From contig OZ320313.1 in assembly GCA_976226885.1 (NCBI GenBank), forward strand, positions 145,948,001 through 146,012,000: a DNA stretch of 64,000 bases, read 5' to 3'. The translations under genes and the position numbers were made by a program. Source of the stretch: Iphione sp. A-MEVVRFRX5 (taxonomy: Eukaryota). The notes under the pieces are model-generated. The model did not search any database. It was given only the letters and a program-made list of their open reading frames with translations, and was not told where the DNA came from. Below, piece after piece: positions 40,855-54,155 of this stretch; positions within the stretch are counted from its first letter, which is position 1; each line of letters starts with the position of its first letter.

Positions 40855-41731
40855 CAGGAGAAACTCGCTTTGCGACCCTCTCACTTTGCGACCAAATCGA
40901 CTATTGCGACCATTTTTCTTCGGAACGGAATCATTTTTAGTACATTTCCTATGTAAGAGGAACTCACTTTGCGACCATATTGCTTTCCGACCATATTCAG
41001 CCTACGACCATTCATCTTTGGGTCGTTTTCAATATAATTTATTATCACTTTGCGACCACTCCCGACTTTGATGGTCTCTCACACCGTGGAGGGGTTGGCC
41101 GGGGTGGTCGCGGGCGTCAACGGGGACGTCTCTGATGTTCCTCACACCTTGGAGGGGTTGGCCGGCAGTGGTCGCGGGCGTCAACTTTGACGACTTTGAT
41201 GGTCTCTCACCCTGGAGGGGTTGGCCGGGGTGGTCGCGGGCGTCAACGGGGACGTCTCTGATGTTCCTCACACCTTGGAGGGGTTGGCCGGCAGTGGTCG
41301 CGGGCGTCAACTTTGACGACTTTGATGGTCTCTCACCCTGGAGGGGTTGGCCGGGGTGGTCGCGGGCGTCAACTTTGACGACTTTGATGGTCTCTCACCC
41401 TGGAGGGGTTGGCCGGGGTGGTCGCGGGCGTCAACGGGGACGTCTCTGATGGTCTCTCACCCTGGAGAGGGTCTCCCGAGATTGGTCTCTCACCTCTTTG
41501 AGTCATCAAATTCAGCACTTTTTGGACTTTTAGTCATCAAAATCAGCACTTTTTGGACTTGAAGTCATCAAATTCAGCACTTTTTGGACGTTTCATATGT
41601 TAATAGAGAGAGAGAGAGAAAGGGATATGATTTCAAGCCCAGACCCCATCCACAATCACTTTGCGACCATATTCGCTATTACGACCATTTTGGGCTGGCC
41701 CAAGTGCTGGTCGCAAAGGGAGTTTTTCCTG
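40855..41731 (+). mobile_element. Complete Tc1/mariner-type MITE carrying a minisatellite
   Basis: TA|CAGGAGAAACTCGCTTTGCGACC ... GGTCGCAAAGGGAGTTTTTCCTG|TA, with repeated subterminal TTTGCGACCA motifs. Confidence 0.9.
41065..41470. repeat. GC-rich minisatellite, ~62-bp unit, about 6.5 copies, two unit variants
   Basis: The core TGGAGGGGTTGGCCGG(GG/CAG)TGGTCGCGGGCGTCAAC occurs six times in full. Confidence 0.95.
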
Positions 41732-43148
41732 TAGTGGGAATGGTGCAAAACAAGCTCCCTCAAACAGTGCACCTATGGGTAACTTCCTGGACTTGAGGCT
41801 CCAAAAGAACGGGAGGAACCAATTTCAAAGAGGCCGACAAAACAACAGAGACACGACGCCATATGGTTAATATACAGTCGGTATTCTAGTTGTGTTAGGA
41901 GCTCCTTATGTTTGGCTTTTCTTCGGGGGTTGCAACCGTTCCATAGCATTGGGCACAATGCATTCACATCATATTCTATAATAGGAAAGAGGGAAGTTTT
42001 CCGTTTGAACCACCAGGACATCACGCAGCTATGGCCTCCTGTCCTGGGAAAGACGTTTATCACACGACAAAGAGACGTAAAGTATGTAGTTATCTAACGA
42101 ATGACCATCAGTTAAATTTGCATACAAAAAACTGTAAAATAAGGACGGGTGATTCGAAAAATCTGTCCGTGCCATGGCGTCTGTGGTTCATGCGACAGTG
42201 CGTGAGGAGTGGCCGTTTGCGGCATCATCGCCGTCGGATCAGAGCTTGTCACAACAGGTGTGCCCGCTTGGTAGAAACATGAATCATCACTGGACAAGTT
42301 ATTTCCTCCGTTTTTTGACAGTTTACTTGTTCTAACATCAGTCACTCTCTTCTCAGCTGATGACTTCCATGGAACGATCGTCTTGAAATGTGTAGTCCTA
42401 TTCGCAAATCCCATGTGCATTTATAAGGTTGTTACGTTGGTATATCTATTTTTACCTAGGCTCTATCATGCATCCTACATCCCTACCAACCATTTGTGTT
42501 TCTTTTCTTTTTTGATCGTTTCATTTGTGGGATTTGAGGTCCACTTTATTTTTCTCATCGCCTTTATTTTCAACATGTTTCTTGTTATTGTGTCATCTTC
42601 TTTTACTGCAAACGTCTTCCAGTCAATCTTTCTTTCTATTGGTCTATCTCTGTCTCTTTCATGCTCTCACTCGCTCTGTCTCTCTCCTTTTCCCCTTTGC
42701 CTTTTCATACTTGGATTTTATATTAACGGAGTTAAAAGCGTCTGACGTGAGGAAAAAGAAGACGTACTATCACAAAGGCGCGTCGTTCTTCCATCCTATG
42801 GCTTCCGCCCGACACCCCCTCTCCCCCCCGCACCACCCACGGTCACCACACTTTACTGGTAGGCGTCCTTCGCACGCCCATCAATGACTAATTATGCTAA
42901 TCAGAACAGTGTTTGTTTAGCACGACAGAGAGCACGGTGGGCACCCACTATGTTGGTTATTCAGCTATTGGGCGCTATTCGTAAAACCAACAGAGCCCGA
43001 TCTGGGAGCGGCTCGCCCCGATGTCTGAGCCATTATGAGCTTCTCGCGTGTGGCGCTTGGCCCCCTGACCCACTCGACGGGGAGGCGAGCCGTGTTGAGG
43101 CGAGCGGTGCGCGGTGCGCCAGGCGCCAGTCTCACGCTCCATGCCGCT

Positions 43149-43260
43149 CAGGTGTCAAAGACGCCTGCGCCAGGTGATAATTAACATCTCTACCTGGGTC
43201 AATTACCTCACCTGGCACTGCTAATGTCTCCCTACCTGGCGCCGGCGCACCCTGGCGCCT
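43149..43260. promoter_or_regulatory. Homotypic cluster of Snail/ZEB-type E2 boxes
   Basis: CAGGTG at 43149 and 43171, TACCTG at 43191 and 43233, CACCTG at 43209, interleaved with TAATTA/CAATTA and GGCGCC. Confidence 0.45.
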
Positions 43261-44323
43261 TTCAAGTTTGAACTGGGTGATTGATTCAGAAGGCCACCGT
43301 GGAAGTCCTTTTGCGTGTCACAGTGTTTCTCCTTGTTAGGGCGTGTGTATAGTGTTCACTGAATGCACAAAGTTCTACACGTTTGGCGCTTACTTACCAA
43401 ATGCGTAAAAAAACGAAAAAAACAATATGCACAAAGGTTTCCTCAGTGCATTTCAACCGCCGATGTCCGAAGTTGTCCTTAGATGCACAATGGTTTAAGT
43501 CCCAACGTCTGAAAAGACTATTCAGTTGCCATCAAATGGACGATACCCAGGTCGTTGCCATGAAAAGAATTAACCTCGACAACAAAGTCAACTGAACCAG
43601 CAGAACATTCTGTATTTAGAACAGGAAAACAGATATAAACTAAATTACGTGTATGCTCCTTTTGGCATATACCTCCATAGGCAGGGGCAGGTCTTCCAGG
43701 AAGGACATCGCATGTCCTTTAATAAATACTATCAAGCACAAACACACAGCTCATTAGAACAACAGAACTCTTACTAGGGACAGACTCATGATTTAACAGC
43801 CCGGTTTTATGCCATGGCATTCAGTGCTAGAGAGTGTTTTTATATTAGCCCGTGTATCCTCCTCATATCTAAGGTTTCACGATGGCGCCAAGCTACACCC
43901 AGTCATAGAAGCAATGATAGCAGCCACAGGTCTAATTGAGGAGAGGCTATGTAGTGCTACAAACTTTCACCGTGCTTTTTGACTTGGGAGGAGGGCAGCA
44001 TTTTGTGAGGTAGCATTGATCCTCATCATTATACATTTTCTATTATATCAGGATAAATATATAAATACTTAATTTTTGTTTACATGTAATGTGATCGTGT
44101 GTATTTAATGTCGAACCACTGAATAGCCAGGTACAGTGCTTAACTATTGCTACATTTGTTCCCATTGATACTCTGATGTTCAGCAATAAATGGTGAACCA
44201 CAGATCATCCAAAATACAATATAGGTTTCCTAATCCAACTGACATCAAGGCAACCTAATGGTCATCTGGGTAAGATCACGATAACGGCATGATAGGAGAA
44301 TCGCACAAAAAGCTACAGAATAA

Positions 44324-45446
44324 AGGCTGGTTTCCTTACCTGCGTTGGTATCCGTCCGTTTTGATCCATTTTTGATCCATCTCAATACATTTTCAGATAC
44401 GTTTTTATTGAACTATAGAGTTTCAGGGAGGGATGCCAAATGCATCTATGTGCGTTGGTATCCTTTGGTATTGTAACGTGCCTAAGCCTAGCAGAGTGCT
44501 GGCAAACAGAAGATTGAACAAATGACAGAAATAAAGAATGTGGTTCAATCCAAATATACCAAAAATAGTTGTGTATGGGGTGATCTTTCTTGTAAGTGCA
44601 AAGAGGGAGGGTCTGTTTATTCAGGAAAACATGCTTACTTATATACTCCAGGATTGTGCAATGCCTTATAGATTACATAACAGTAGTTAAAAGTAGACAC
44701 ACTGTCTAGACATGTCTAGACTGGAGGAGGTTGCACAATCATTACCTAACTTGTTATCCTTTAGCTACCAACTCCTGTTGTGCCATAGACATATATATTG
44801 CAGCTACCTTATTGCATAACACCTATCTATGCAGTACAATCCGTACAATCAAACTTGAAACAGATCCCCTGACATGGATCACCTGAAATGGACTACCCCA
44901 AGCCAGATCTCTCACAAAACACATTCACATACTACATTATCCACTGACCATTAACAGTCCCAGACCGATGATTTCACGGACACGAATACCAAGCGCACAG
45001 TAGTATACAGCAGATATACTTTAGAGAAGGCACCAGTCCTCACATTTCTGCACAATTCTGTCCCTTTTCATCATTTTCCCTATCATTTTCATGGCTTTTA
45101 GAGTCATATTCATCCTTTTCCAATATTTTCCCCATCATTTTCACAGCTTTTAGAATCAGATTTATCATTTTTCATCAGTTTCCCCATCATTTTTGCGTTT
45201 TTTAGGAACATATTTATCCTTTTCATCCATCTATCATAGATTTATCATAGATGCAACACATTTTCATCACTGTTGTCATCATTTTCACCAGTTTTCATGC
45301 AACCTCAACACAGCCTTAACACACTCTCAATAGACACCCCTGTGTATTGAGCTGCGTGACTGCACAACACATGTAAAACGCATGGTGATGCAAATGGATG
45401 GTAAACGCACGGGAACGCAGCTCCACCCAGGTAAGGAAACCAGCCC
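44324..45446. mobile_element. Complete PIF/Harbinger-like MITE with an internal insertion
   Basis: Perfect 18-bp TIR core GGCTGGTTTCCTTACCTG / CAGGTAAGGAAACCAGCC, with TAA at 44321-44323 and 45447-45449. Confidence 0.9.
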
Positions 45447-46569
45447 TAACGATAGATCTGAACTCACCCTTTGATGTTGAGGCACATAGAACCCAGTTTA
45501 AGTTAATTATTTCAATAGATTACATCCAGAAGTCTGAATCTGTCTGCATTTGACACATTAGTGGATAGTGATATAAACCTTACTTAAATGCGTAGTGATA
45601 TCAGTTCAGCAGAGCTAAGATCAGGATACCTTTTAAAGGCAACTATCATTTACTGTCCTCAGCTTCAACTAAAGGAATCACTGGGTAAGAAAGGACAATT
45701 ATACACACGTAATACAGTCAGACCATGCAAATTCGGAGAATTAAACCTTTGTATTTTCCATACTTTGAACGCATGAAGTGACAATAACTGTACTATTTCC
45801 AGTCAGTATTAGCTGAATACTTAAGATTATTTAGTATTTTAGACAGAATTTGGATAATCAAAAAGGTAATTATCGAGAAGCGAAGTCTGCCTGTACGTGT
45901 ATACAAATATAAGATTGAAATAAAGGAAATATATAAGACGACAGCAGAAAGGGAGCAGAGGCTTAAACCAGCAAGCAACACAAAGAAAACGTAGATTACG
46001 CTAGAAGTCTGGAACGACTAATGAAGGGGTGACGTAGTCAAGGAAGCATCCAGTGGAGTTTGTGGTAGAGAAGAAAGGCTCCACTCCTACGTTAACGCCT
46101 GATCCTCTCCAAAACAACCCCCGATACGAACACCAACCCCCTCCTGGCTTCCCAAAGGACCACGTGATCGGGACAAGATCCCAGATGATGGCGTCCCTAA
46201 ATCACGTGACACTCTCCTCACGCAAGGCTTCCTTTTATGTGTGTAGTTTTTGGGCCTTTCTTGGTCATTTTGATCGCCTGCGTTGCTGTAAGAGGGTCTG
46301 GGGATTGGGTTTTAAATAGGGTAGCAATGGTATAGATTGCTAAAAAGCGACTGGGTGACTGGTTGGAATCTGCTCGGCCGAAATCTGAGGCAAATAAAAC
46401 CGAACCACCAAATTCACTCTCGACGCCCCTTTTGCCTTTGTCCTTTTGTCTTAACCTCGCCCTGAATGTCAACGTTGTGACTACCAAGCCGCACCATACA
46501 TGAGCGCCACAGTGTGGTCATGTGAAAGCCATATTAGTGTAGGAGAGATGGGCCGACATGTGTTAACTA

Positions 46570-47460
46570 TAGAAACTTATTTAAATGTAGGTATGTGTAG
46601 ATATTTGTATATGTATGCTAGCATCAAGATATATATGTTTATGATTGCATGTGTTTGATATATGTGTAACACAGTGTGCATGTAAATGTGTGTAGGTGTG
46701 TATAGATGTGTATAAATATGAGATGATTTTGTGTAGGTGGGACTATATGTAAGTATGTGTAATATATATATTGATTTGTCTTTTGATGTGTATACACTAG
46801 TAGGTGTGTAATGTATGTGTTGAGTTGTGCATATGTAGATCTGTGTATTGCTATGTAAAGGTGTAAGCAATTATCAATATGTGGCAATACATGTTTGTAG
46901 ATGTGTGATATGTATGTTTATAGTTGTATGCATGTAGGTGTGTAAATGTGTATTGTAGGAGAATATATGTGTGTAGATGTCTAATATAGATGTGTATAAA
47001 TAGGAGATGATAAATGTATGCAGGTGTGCCTATCTTTAAGTATATGTAGATATACATGTATATATATTTCTCTATGTGTGTATGTGTTAGTAGGTGTGTA
47101 ATGTATGTGTTAAGTTGTGTATATATGGGTGTTTTAGATATACATGTATTTAGGTATAGGCATTTATTAGGATGTGTAGTTGTATTTATGTATATGTATG
47201 GAATGTGTGTATATAAGTCTACATGTTTTATTCTATAGGTGTATGTAGATGTCTATATATACATATGTGTATGTGTGAAATGCATATCCTTGTAATATTT
47301 TGTGTGTAGGTGTGTGGGCATAGGTGAAGATATGTATTTGAAGCATAAATAGGTGTCAGCATGTGTATAAAAGTCTGCATGGAGATGTTTTGATGTTTTA
47401 AGGATTTGAATGGTATGTGTAAATGATTTCATGGATGTGTATATGTAGTTCTATGGATTT
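46570..47460. repeat. Degenerate (TG/TATG)-rich low-complexity tract
   Basis: About 900 bp, strongly C-poor on the plus strand. The ORFs here are H/I/Y/T-rich compositional artefacts. Confidence 0.9.
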
Positions 47461-49364
47461 AGGTGTGATAAATGACAGTGCTACACATTATATAATTTTG
47501 TTAGATGAGAGATGAAATAGAACTGTCATTGATACTACTCCTTTATAAGAGGAGTCAATGATCACATGACTCTATACTGAAAAGAGTCAAATATATGAAT
47601 CTAGTCTGAGTTGAGTCATATTGACCCTGTTTACCCTGACTCCCATTTTGTTTTTTTAGTGTAGAACTCACCACGTATGTGTTCAATATTACATAATGTA
47701 GTCGGTTAAAGGTCTGTACACTGTCGATATAGTGGAAGGCCTCTGGAGGCTGACAGTGTAAACCTTTTAATACCAAACTTCTGGATAACAACAAATCTTA
47801 TCCAGCAGTTAAAAGCTTCTTTGGTCAACCAATAAGGTTAAATATTGTATCAGGTATATGGAATCTGTTTTGCCTAAGACAGTGTGGAAAACCACAGCTA
47901 TCGACCTTGTACAGCAGAAAGCCTCTAATCAATGCACACTCGGCTCTTTCCCAATTAGAGGTTTGTTTTAATATGTATACCAAATACAATCTATCCTTTT
48001 GAAAAGTGTCCTCATAAAAGGCATGCCCCGATTCATTGATCACTTGTAGGTACGTGACATTTTCCTAGGCAAATCAAAGTGGGCTGCTCAAATTGGGGGA
48101 GGGGGTGTTCAAGAATAAACAAACCCGTTTAACATCGAAGCCAATGACAACGCTGATAATCTCTGGTAATATTGCATGTAGAATGTTTCCAATGTTTGAT
48201 TGCAAGTTGGGTATTTTTGTCAATGAGTTCTTCAGTTTTGAAGAATGAAATGGGACTGTCTGAATCCTAGACAATTAACTTGAACTTGAAGATGCATCCC
48301 AATGGTGGCTTTTCTGTGCACATATGAGTAGCAGGTTTTATATAACGGACCTTCATTGCATTAACACATTGAAATGTAATAATCATAGCTAGGGTAAGGA
48401 TTGGAGTTACGAATACGTTTAGGATTAGGGATAGTGTAGGTTACGGAATTAGAATGTCGACTTTAATTCACTTAGCATACCAATGAATTATAGGTAGAAT
48501 GCACGTATCATTTTTACCGTGATCTCAATGTATATGTCACTTTTTACCGGATTGGTAAGCAGCATCATGTTTAATTTGTGCATGTGCTTGTCTCCTATTT
48601 AATTTTGCCGATTTACCAGAACCGACCATATATGTCCTGTCTATATAATAGGCTGTTGGTAAATCAATTGTAGTTCTTTTAAATAAACATTGTTTTAATG
48701 TTCCATAACAATGTATCACCACAAAGCCATATAGCACACATATATATATATATATATGTACAGGTGAATGCTGGCTAACGATCATCCGGTTTGGTGACCA
48801 AAGCCTTAAAATATACAAGGTCCATTCTTAGAGTGAGGAATCCAGCCACTTTTGCCCAGTAAACGTTAAACAAAGGGTTGTCAAACATAATTTAATACTG
48901 AATTCTATGGGATCATATGGATCCAGTGTGGTATATTCATGGATTTATCGTTAATCTAAGTGACCAAACAACTGTCAATATTTATATCCTTGTGTAAAAG
49001 TTTTAATTAGGCAAAAATACTACAGAGGTAAAGAATGGCTGATAATCAGGGAATTTCTCCACATTCTCATAATGAGCTCTAAGGGTTGACGAAACAAACT
49101 GATGATAAGTTTGACATATATGGACTTACTCTAAAAATAGTTCTTCATGTCTCTTTTATAATATCAGTGTTAGCCCTTAAATTAATGCTAAAGGATTATC
49201 ATGGGCATAAACATTATTATAGCTCAAAGAGAGAAATGCACTACTTTTCTCACCTCCACACTTGGCACCCTGATGAGTAAGGATACCAGCCTTATCAGCC
49301 ATCAAACTAACACTTTCTGGGCAGGCTGCTTTGCAACCAAACCAGCCTGGGGCCACATGTCTTA

Positions 49365-50015
49365 GGCCTGGTTTCCATACCTGTGTTGAGGTGCTTTAAG
49401 GCTGCATTTACCCTCCATGTATGTTTGTGTGTGTTTTTCCTTCACGCAGCCAAAATGGAGAGAGGTCTCTGTTGACTCTGTGTAAAGGCTGCAAGAAAAA
49501 GTATGAAAGTTTTAAAAAGGATGAATTTGACAACAACAGCTGCAAAAAAATGCGAAAAATGGTGGGAAAACTGATGAAAAAGGATGAAGCTGATGCTAAA
49601 ACCCGTAAAAAACAGTGAACATGGAAACCGTCCGAAAAAGGATGAATCTGTGCCTAACTGTGTGCACAAATCATGCAGAGGAGCGATTACAAGTGAGTGG
49701 AAATGTGCCTATTTTCAACTGATTCAAAGAATATCTGCACATACTACTACAGGTACATACTACTGTGCATTTGGCCTCCGTGTGTTGAAATACCACATTG
49801 ATTACTTTACTTTCTACTTAAAAGGGTTTACTATTATGTTTTCCCCACCAGGAGACACATGGGTAGTGATTTTGGCAACCGGATATTTTGTCGTCTGTAC
49901 AAAATTTCAAATATTCGACATAATCTGGATAACGAGGTTCAACTGTGATCAACCTATTCAATGAAAACACAAGGCAATGCAGACTGAAATCAAATGCAGC
50001 TATGGAAACTGGCCC
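49365..50015. mobile_element. PIF/Harbinger-like MITE (family of 44324-45446, opposite orientation)
   Basis: TTA|GGCCTGGTTTCCATACC ... TATGGAAACTGGCCC|TTT. Internal AAAAGGATGAA repeats are reverse-similar to 45060-45300. Confidence 0.7.
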
Positions 50016-50018
50016 TTT

Positions 50019-50571
50019 GGCTGGAGTTCCCTGTGTGCATGCAGGTATGAGGCATGTAGGCATTATTTGCAGTGTTCTTTTAGGGAATACACCAATAAAC
50101 ACAAGTATGTCCGAGTTAGGCATGACATGTGTGCCATGTAACACATCTGCGTGGACCACGTTTTCAAAATGGGACATCCCATTTTCCATGAAAAGTGAGT
50201 GAAATGGCTTTGTTAGCTATGTTTGCTCCAAAAAACTACATATTCCTGTTCATTACTGCATATGTTAGCACATGTTATCATGGATTTCTGTGTTTTTCAG
50301 CCAACGTTTCATGAAATATATTATTTCGAGGCCTAGTTTCCATGAAAATATCATTTTCTGCCGTTTTTGGCCGAGTTTTCCAGATATTTGCTTTGTATCA
50401 TTCCAATTTGCTTGAGCTGTGCCTTTTTTTCTGCTGAAATACAAACAAAATATGGATGTGAACATGGAAACACTTTCAACGTGTTTGCTGTTGATACAGT
50501 GATTATTTGATTAAGAAAACAGGGTCATGGAAACACAAGTCAAAGTGACGTGTGCAGATGGAAACCCAGCC
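50019..50571. mobile_element. PIF/Harbinger-like MITE (family of 61575-62242)
   Basis: GGCTGGAGTTCC... at the left end and GATGGAAACCCAGCC|TTA at the right. Internal matches to 61575-61750 (ATGAGGCATGT, TTTCAAAAT-GG-ACAT-CCATTTTCCAT). Confidence 0.7.
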
Positions 50572-50914
50572 TTAGAATTGTTTCTATCGGATTTGAGTAT
50601 AACAATACAGCCAGAGGTGCGAGCACAACTATCAAAGAAGGGTGCGCAGAGGTGTGGCCATGACATTTTACACCTTTGTGTGTGTTTTCACACTATAGTT
50701 AAGGCTGAATATTGCCAAATTCATGTAAGTTCAGCCAAATTGACAAAACTCATGGCAATTTGGCTAAAACAGTGAAAGTTATGCAATATTTGGCTGAAAA
50801 GTATCAAAACTCGTGCAAACTCGGCCAAATAATGACCGTAAGCTTTACTTTTACTTTATTCCAGTGGTGTATCAGCTTAGACTGGTATGCGGCCAAAACA
50901 ACTTATGAAGCCAC

Positions 50915-50958
50915 TTGAGCTCGGGATGGAGGGGTGGTCGCAAAGTGGCATTTAACTG
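50915..50958 (+). mobile_element. Solo right end of the Tc1/mariner-type MITE family
   Basis: TTGAGCTCGGG...GTGGTCGCAAAGTGGCATTTAACTG|TA matches 55664-55707. Confidence 0.6.
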
Positions 50959-51099
50959 TATGCACAATTCCAAGAGATGCGGGTTCTGTCCATGCTCCGT
51001 TCACAGAATAGAAATCCCACTCAATAGAAATAATGCGTGATGTATATGTTTATATACAGACACACATATATACATACATGCAGACAAAGCACATTCCTC

Positions 51100-52740
51100 G
51101 TGGTGCTTTCACCGCCATTCTCATCGCCCCTGTCCCCGGTCCACCCGCGGGAGTTCCCTGCAGAAAGTGGGGCCCACTGCCCCGCCCGTCGAGGCAGATA
51201 CTTATATGTTAGGCGGCAGCTGTTGATGACTCGACTTGCTGCACAGTCGCGTCCCATTTAGATAATACAAACACCGAAGGCGCCGCGCTCTCCACGGACC
51301 CTCTCGCCTGTCAAAGCCTGATGGTACAGTCCGCGGCGTCTGGCGCTGTTACCGGAAGCCTCTTGTGACGTCATTGCACGGGTGGCGCAGCCTATCGACC
51401 AATACAGACGGTGCATCCAAGTGACTCCAATGCCCATCTCCACTGCCAGAAACGTTACCTCCTTCCTTTCCTTCTCCCTCCTCCCTTCCCTCCCCACAAT
51501 ACTTCAAACCCCAACTACCTCGGCGCTGGCGTGCGTTGGTCGCTGGGCAGACGACTTTTGACATTTGTGGCAGGCGTTTTTCCCGGCCGGACGCCGCCTT
51601 TCATGCCTGCCGACGCGCATGTCCGATCCGCTCTGGCCGCAAAGCCTTCTAGATTTGGCCCAGGAGGAGCAAGAGGAGGGGGCGGGGGGGGGGCAGGGGG
51701 AAGTTGTGGTCGTGCTGCCATCTCGGCTTGCTCAGGCGTCCTTTGTGGCTTTGGGTGATACTTGAGTCGTCCACAGTCACGGAAGGGGAGTCTGTTTGAC
51801 CGACTATATCGCCCCGTCCCTCGCCACCTCCCCATCCACCCGCCCAGCTAGCCACCCACCCATTTCGATCACGACTACACGCCCACTCACCCCCCCCCCC
51901 GCAAGTCCACCCGCTCGCGCTGTCGTCCTATTGAGACTTCCTGGCGGCGCGCGGGCGGCTCGAGTTGGGCCCAGAGACAGCCCTGGGTGTGGCGACGGGT
52001 GATAGGGAGTGTGCTAGCCACTGGGGACCTGGCGGATTTCGCCCCTGCGGCCAGTGACGGTCAGATAGCGCGGCGGCAAAGTCGACGGCCAGGCCGCCGG
52101 GGCCGTCCGCTCGCGCCGGTGCACTGACATATCTCGGCGACGCCAGCTCTGGCCCGGACGCTGCCACCGTGCGTGCCCGCTGCCCTATCACTCGTCAGGG
52201 GGGCGTAATTTGTCAGCTTCTACCTCGAGCGGTGGCCCATCCCCCAAAACATCTTTATCTTCCGCCCCTTCTGCGTCGGCGTTCGGAACTAATGGCGGCG
52301 GCTATTTACATATCGAGCATATATCTGTCGGGCGCCCGCTCTGTGCGCGCTGCTGATAGCGGCCGGGGCGTGGGGCAGCGCGGCCGGCCGGGACCCGTGG
52401 GCTGACGCCCACCCCCAGCCTCCTCCCCGCTCACCCCTCATCTACATTCTCCCGCCTTCCCGGACGCGGGCGCCGCCTGACGGCCGCTGATAGATCCTAA
52501 CTTCCGGTGCATTGAGGCAGGAATTGCGCCACTTAGACAGGCGGCACTACCGCTCCAACAGGGCCGAAGGGCGCTCTGTCCTTTAGACATCGGCGGCTCT
52601 GTCGGCACCCTTCTGAGGGCAGCCCAAGGAGGTGGGAGGGTGGTAGGGGACAAGTGGGTTAGAGGCATCGGCGGGTGGTGTTCAAAGGCGGGGCATCAGT
52701 TGGATTTGAAATGAGGAATGCGAGAGCAACGCGACAAGGC
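51100..52740. promoter_or_regulatory. Large CpG island, promoter-like
   Basis: About 1.6 kb, GC-rich. CCGGAAG near 51352, TGACGTCA at 51366, CCAAT near 51398, GCAGACGAC at 51547 and ACTTCCGG near 52500. No recognisable ORF. Confidence 0.5.
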
Positions 52741-53815
52741 CTTATCCAGATACATGTATCTATTGGTTAGGTGATAAAAGCAGAGTATAGTTCCATGTAT
52801 TTTTTGGATATACTAAAATACATAGGCTGGTACTCATCCAAGCTATAAGCCTAAATGAAGACATCGACATGTGGCTTTGAGAGAGAAGCCTACACAATAT
52901 AACGTCTCCTCCCCCTAAACGTGACGTTAACACCCGTTTTACAGTCTACTTTTGATATACTACTTCAGTCTGCTGAGCCAAGAGATAAATCCGCGTAGGA
53001 GTAGCGGAGGCCTCTGAGAACTACTCCAAGTGATGAACTGCAAAAGTTCTTTTCATTTCGTGCTTCGGCAATACTTTTGACGTATTTTTTAATTCCAGGA
53101 GATGAGGCGTCATAGAAATTTACACTGAATTCGTGCAGGAGCACATGTGTTAAATCTTGATTTATGATTTTACGTTTTACAGACAATGGCCTCGATACAG
53201 TCACCAGGACCACAACTGAAGAACTGTATGTACGTGTGATGCATGATTCGCATCCATACTGGAAAACTAATTCCCTGGAGAACCTTTTATAACAGAACTG
53301 AATTGTATTGTTGTCATTCATCGTTGTAAGTGAGCTTTGTGCTACGGTGCTGTTAATGCTGCTGTCATGTCCTCTGACCCTCTGACCTATTCAATCATCT
53401 TTCGAACATTATGGCAATATTTTAAGATCTGCTTGGTCTAGGGCATTTTAATTTTCACAGAATATTATTCATACAGTGGGACTAAGAGCGATACTATGTT
53501 GGTACACTTTGGGGAAATATCTTTATCCATATCAGCAATTACGTGTGATCATAACTTTCGTAACATTTCGAATGTACTTTGCTTTAAACAGTCATGGAGG
53601 TTCTCACTCTACCAGTTAAGTTGCTTCCTTTTGCTTCTGGTGATATAATTACAGTGTATATTATCACTATCGTAATCACTACACAATTTGAACACCAGCT
53701 CAGGTAAATACATTTCAGAGAACCTAAAGCAGAAACACAATCAAAGGATCCTAAAGTACAAATCTCCCACAAAGACATATCTGCTATTAGGTATATGATG
53801 AAGCGAGATTGATGA

Positions 53816-54155
53816 GGCCAAAAAAAATAGGTGTGTTTCTGGTAACCCACCCCTACCTAGTAAAACCTCACCCTACCTAAAAGATTTTTGGCCCTAAAGA
53901 GTTTCTAAGGCTGAGTTTCCTTAGATATGTGTTTTCATGACACATGTTTTGGGTAAATTCAGCAGAAAAACAGCAAAATCCATGAAAATTCACCAAAAAA
54001 CTGTAAAACTCATACAGATTGGTAAAAATTCTTGATATTTTCTTTATTTTTGAAAACCAGAGGAAGAAACTGGAACAAAATCTAAAAAAAAAGATACCCC
54101 CTCCCTACCTAGGTTTTTGGCTGGTTGCTACCAGAAACACACCTTTTTTTTGTCC
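53816..54155. mobile_element. Harbinger-like MITE with ~30-bp TIRs
   Basis: GGCCAAAAAAAATAGGTGTGTTTCTGGTA and TACCAGAAACACACCTTTTTTTTGTCC, flanked by TGA and TAA. Confidence 0.75.

Noticed and set aside
53375-53388. DR2 nuclear-receptor element TGACCC-TC-TGACCT
   Set aside because: A single isolated hit of a common motif in AT-rich sequence with no supporting context.
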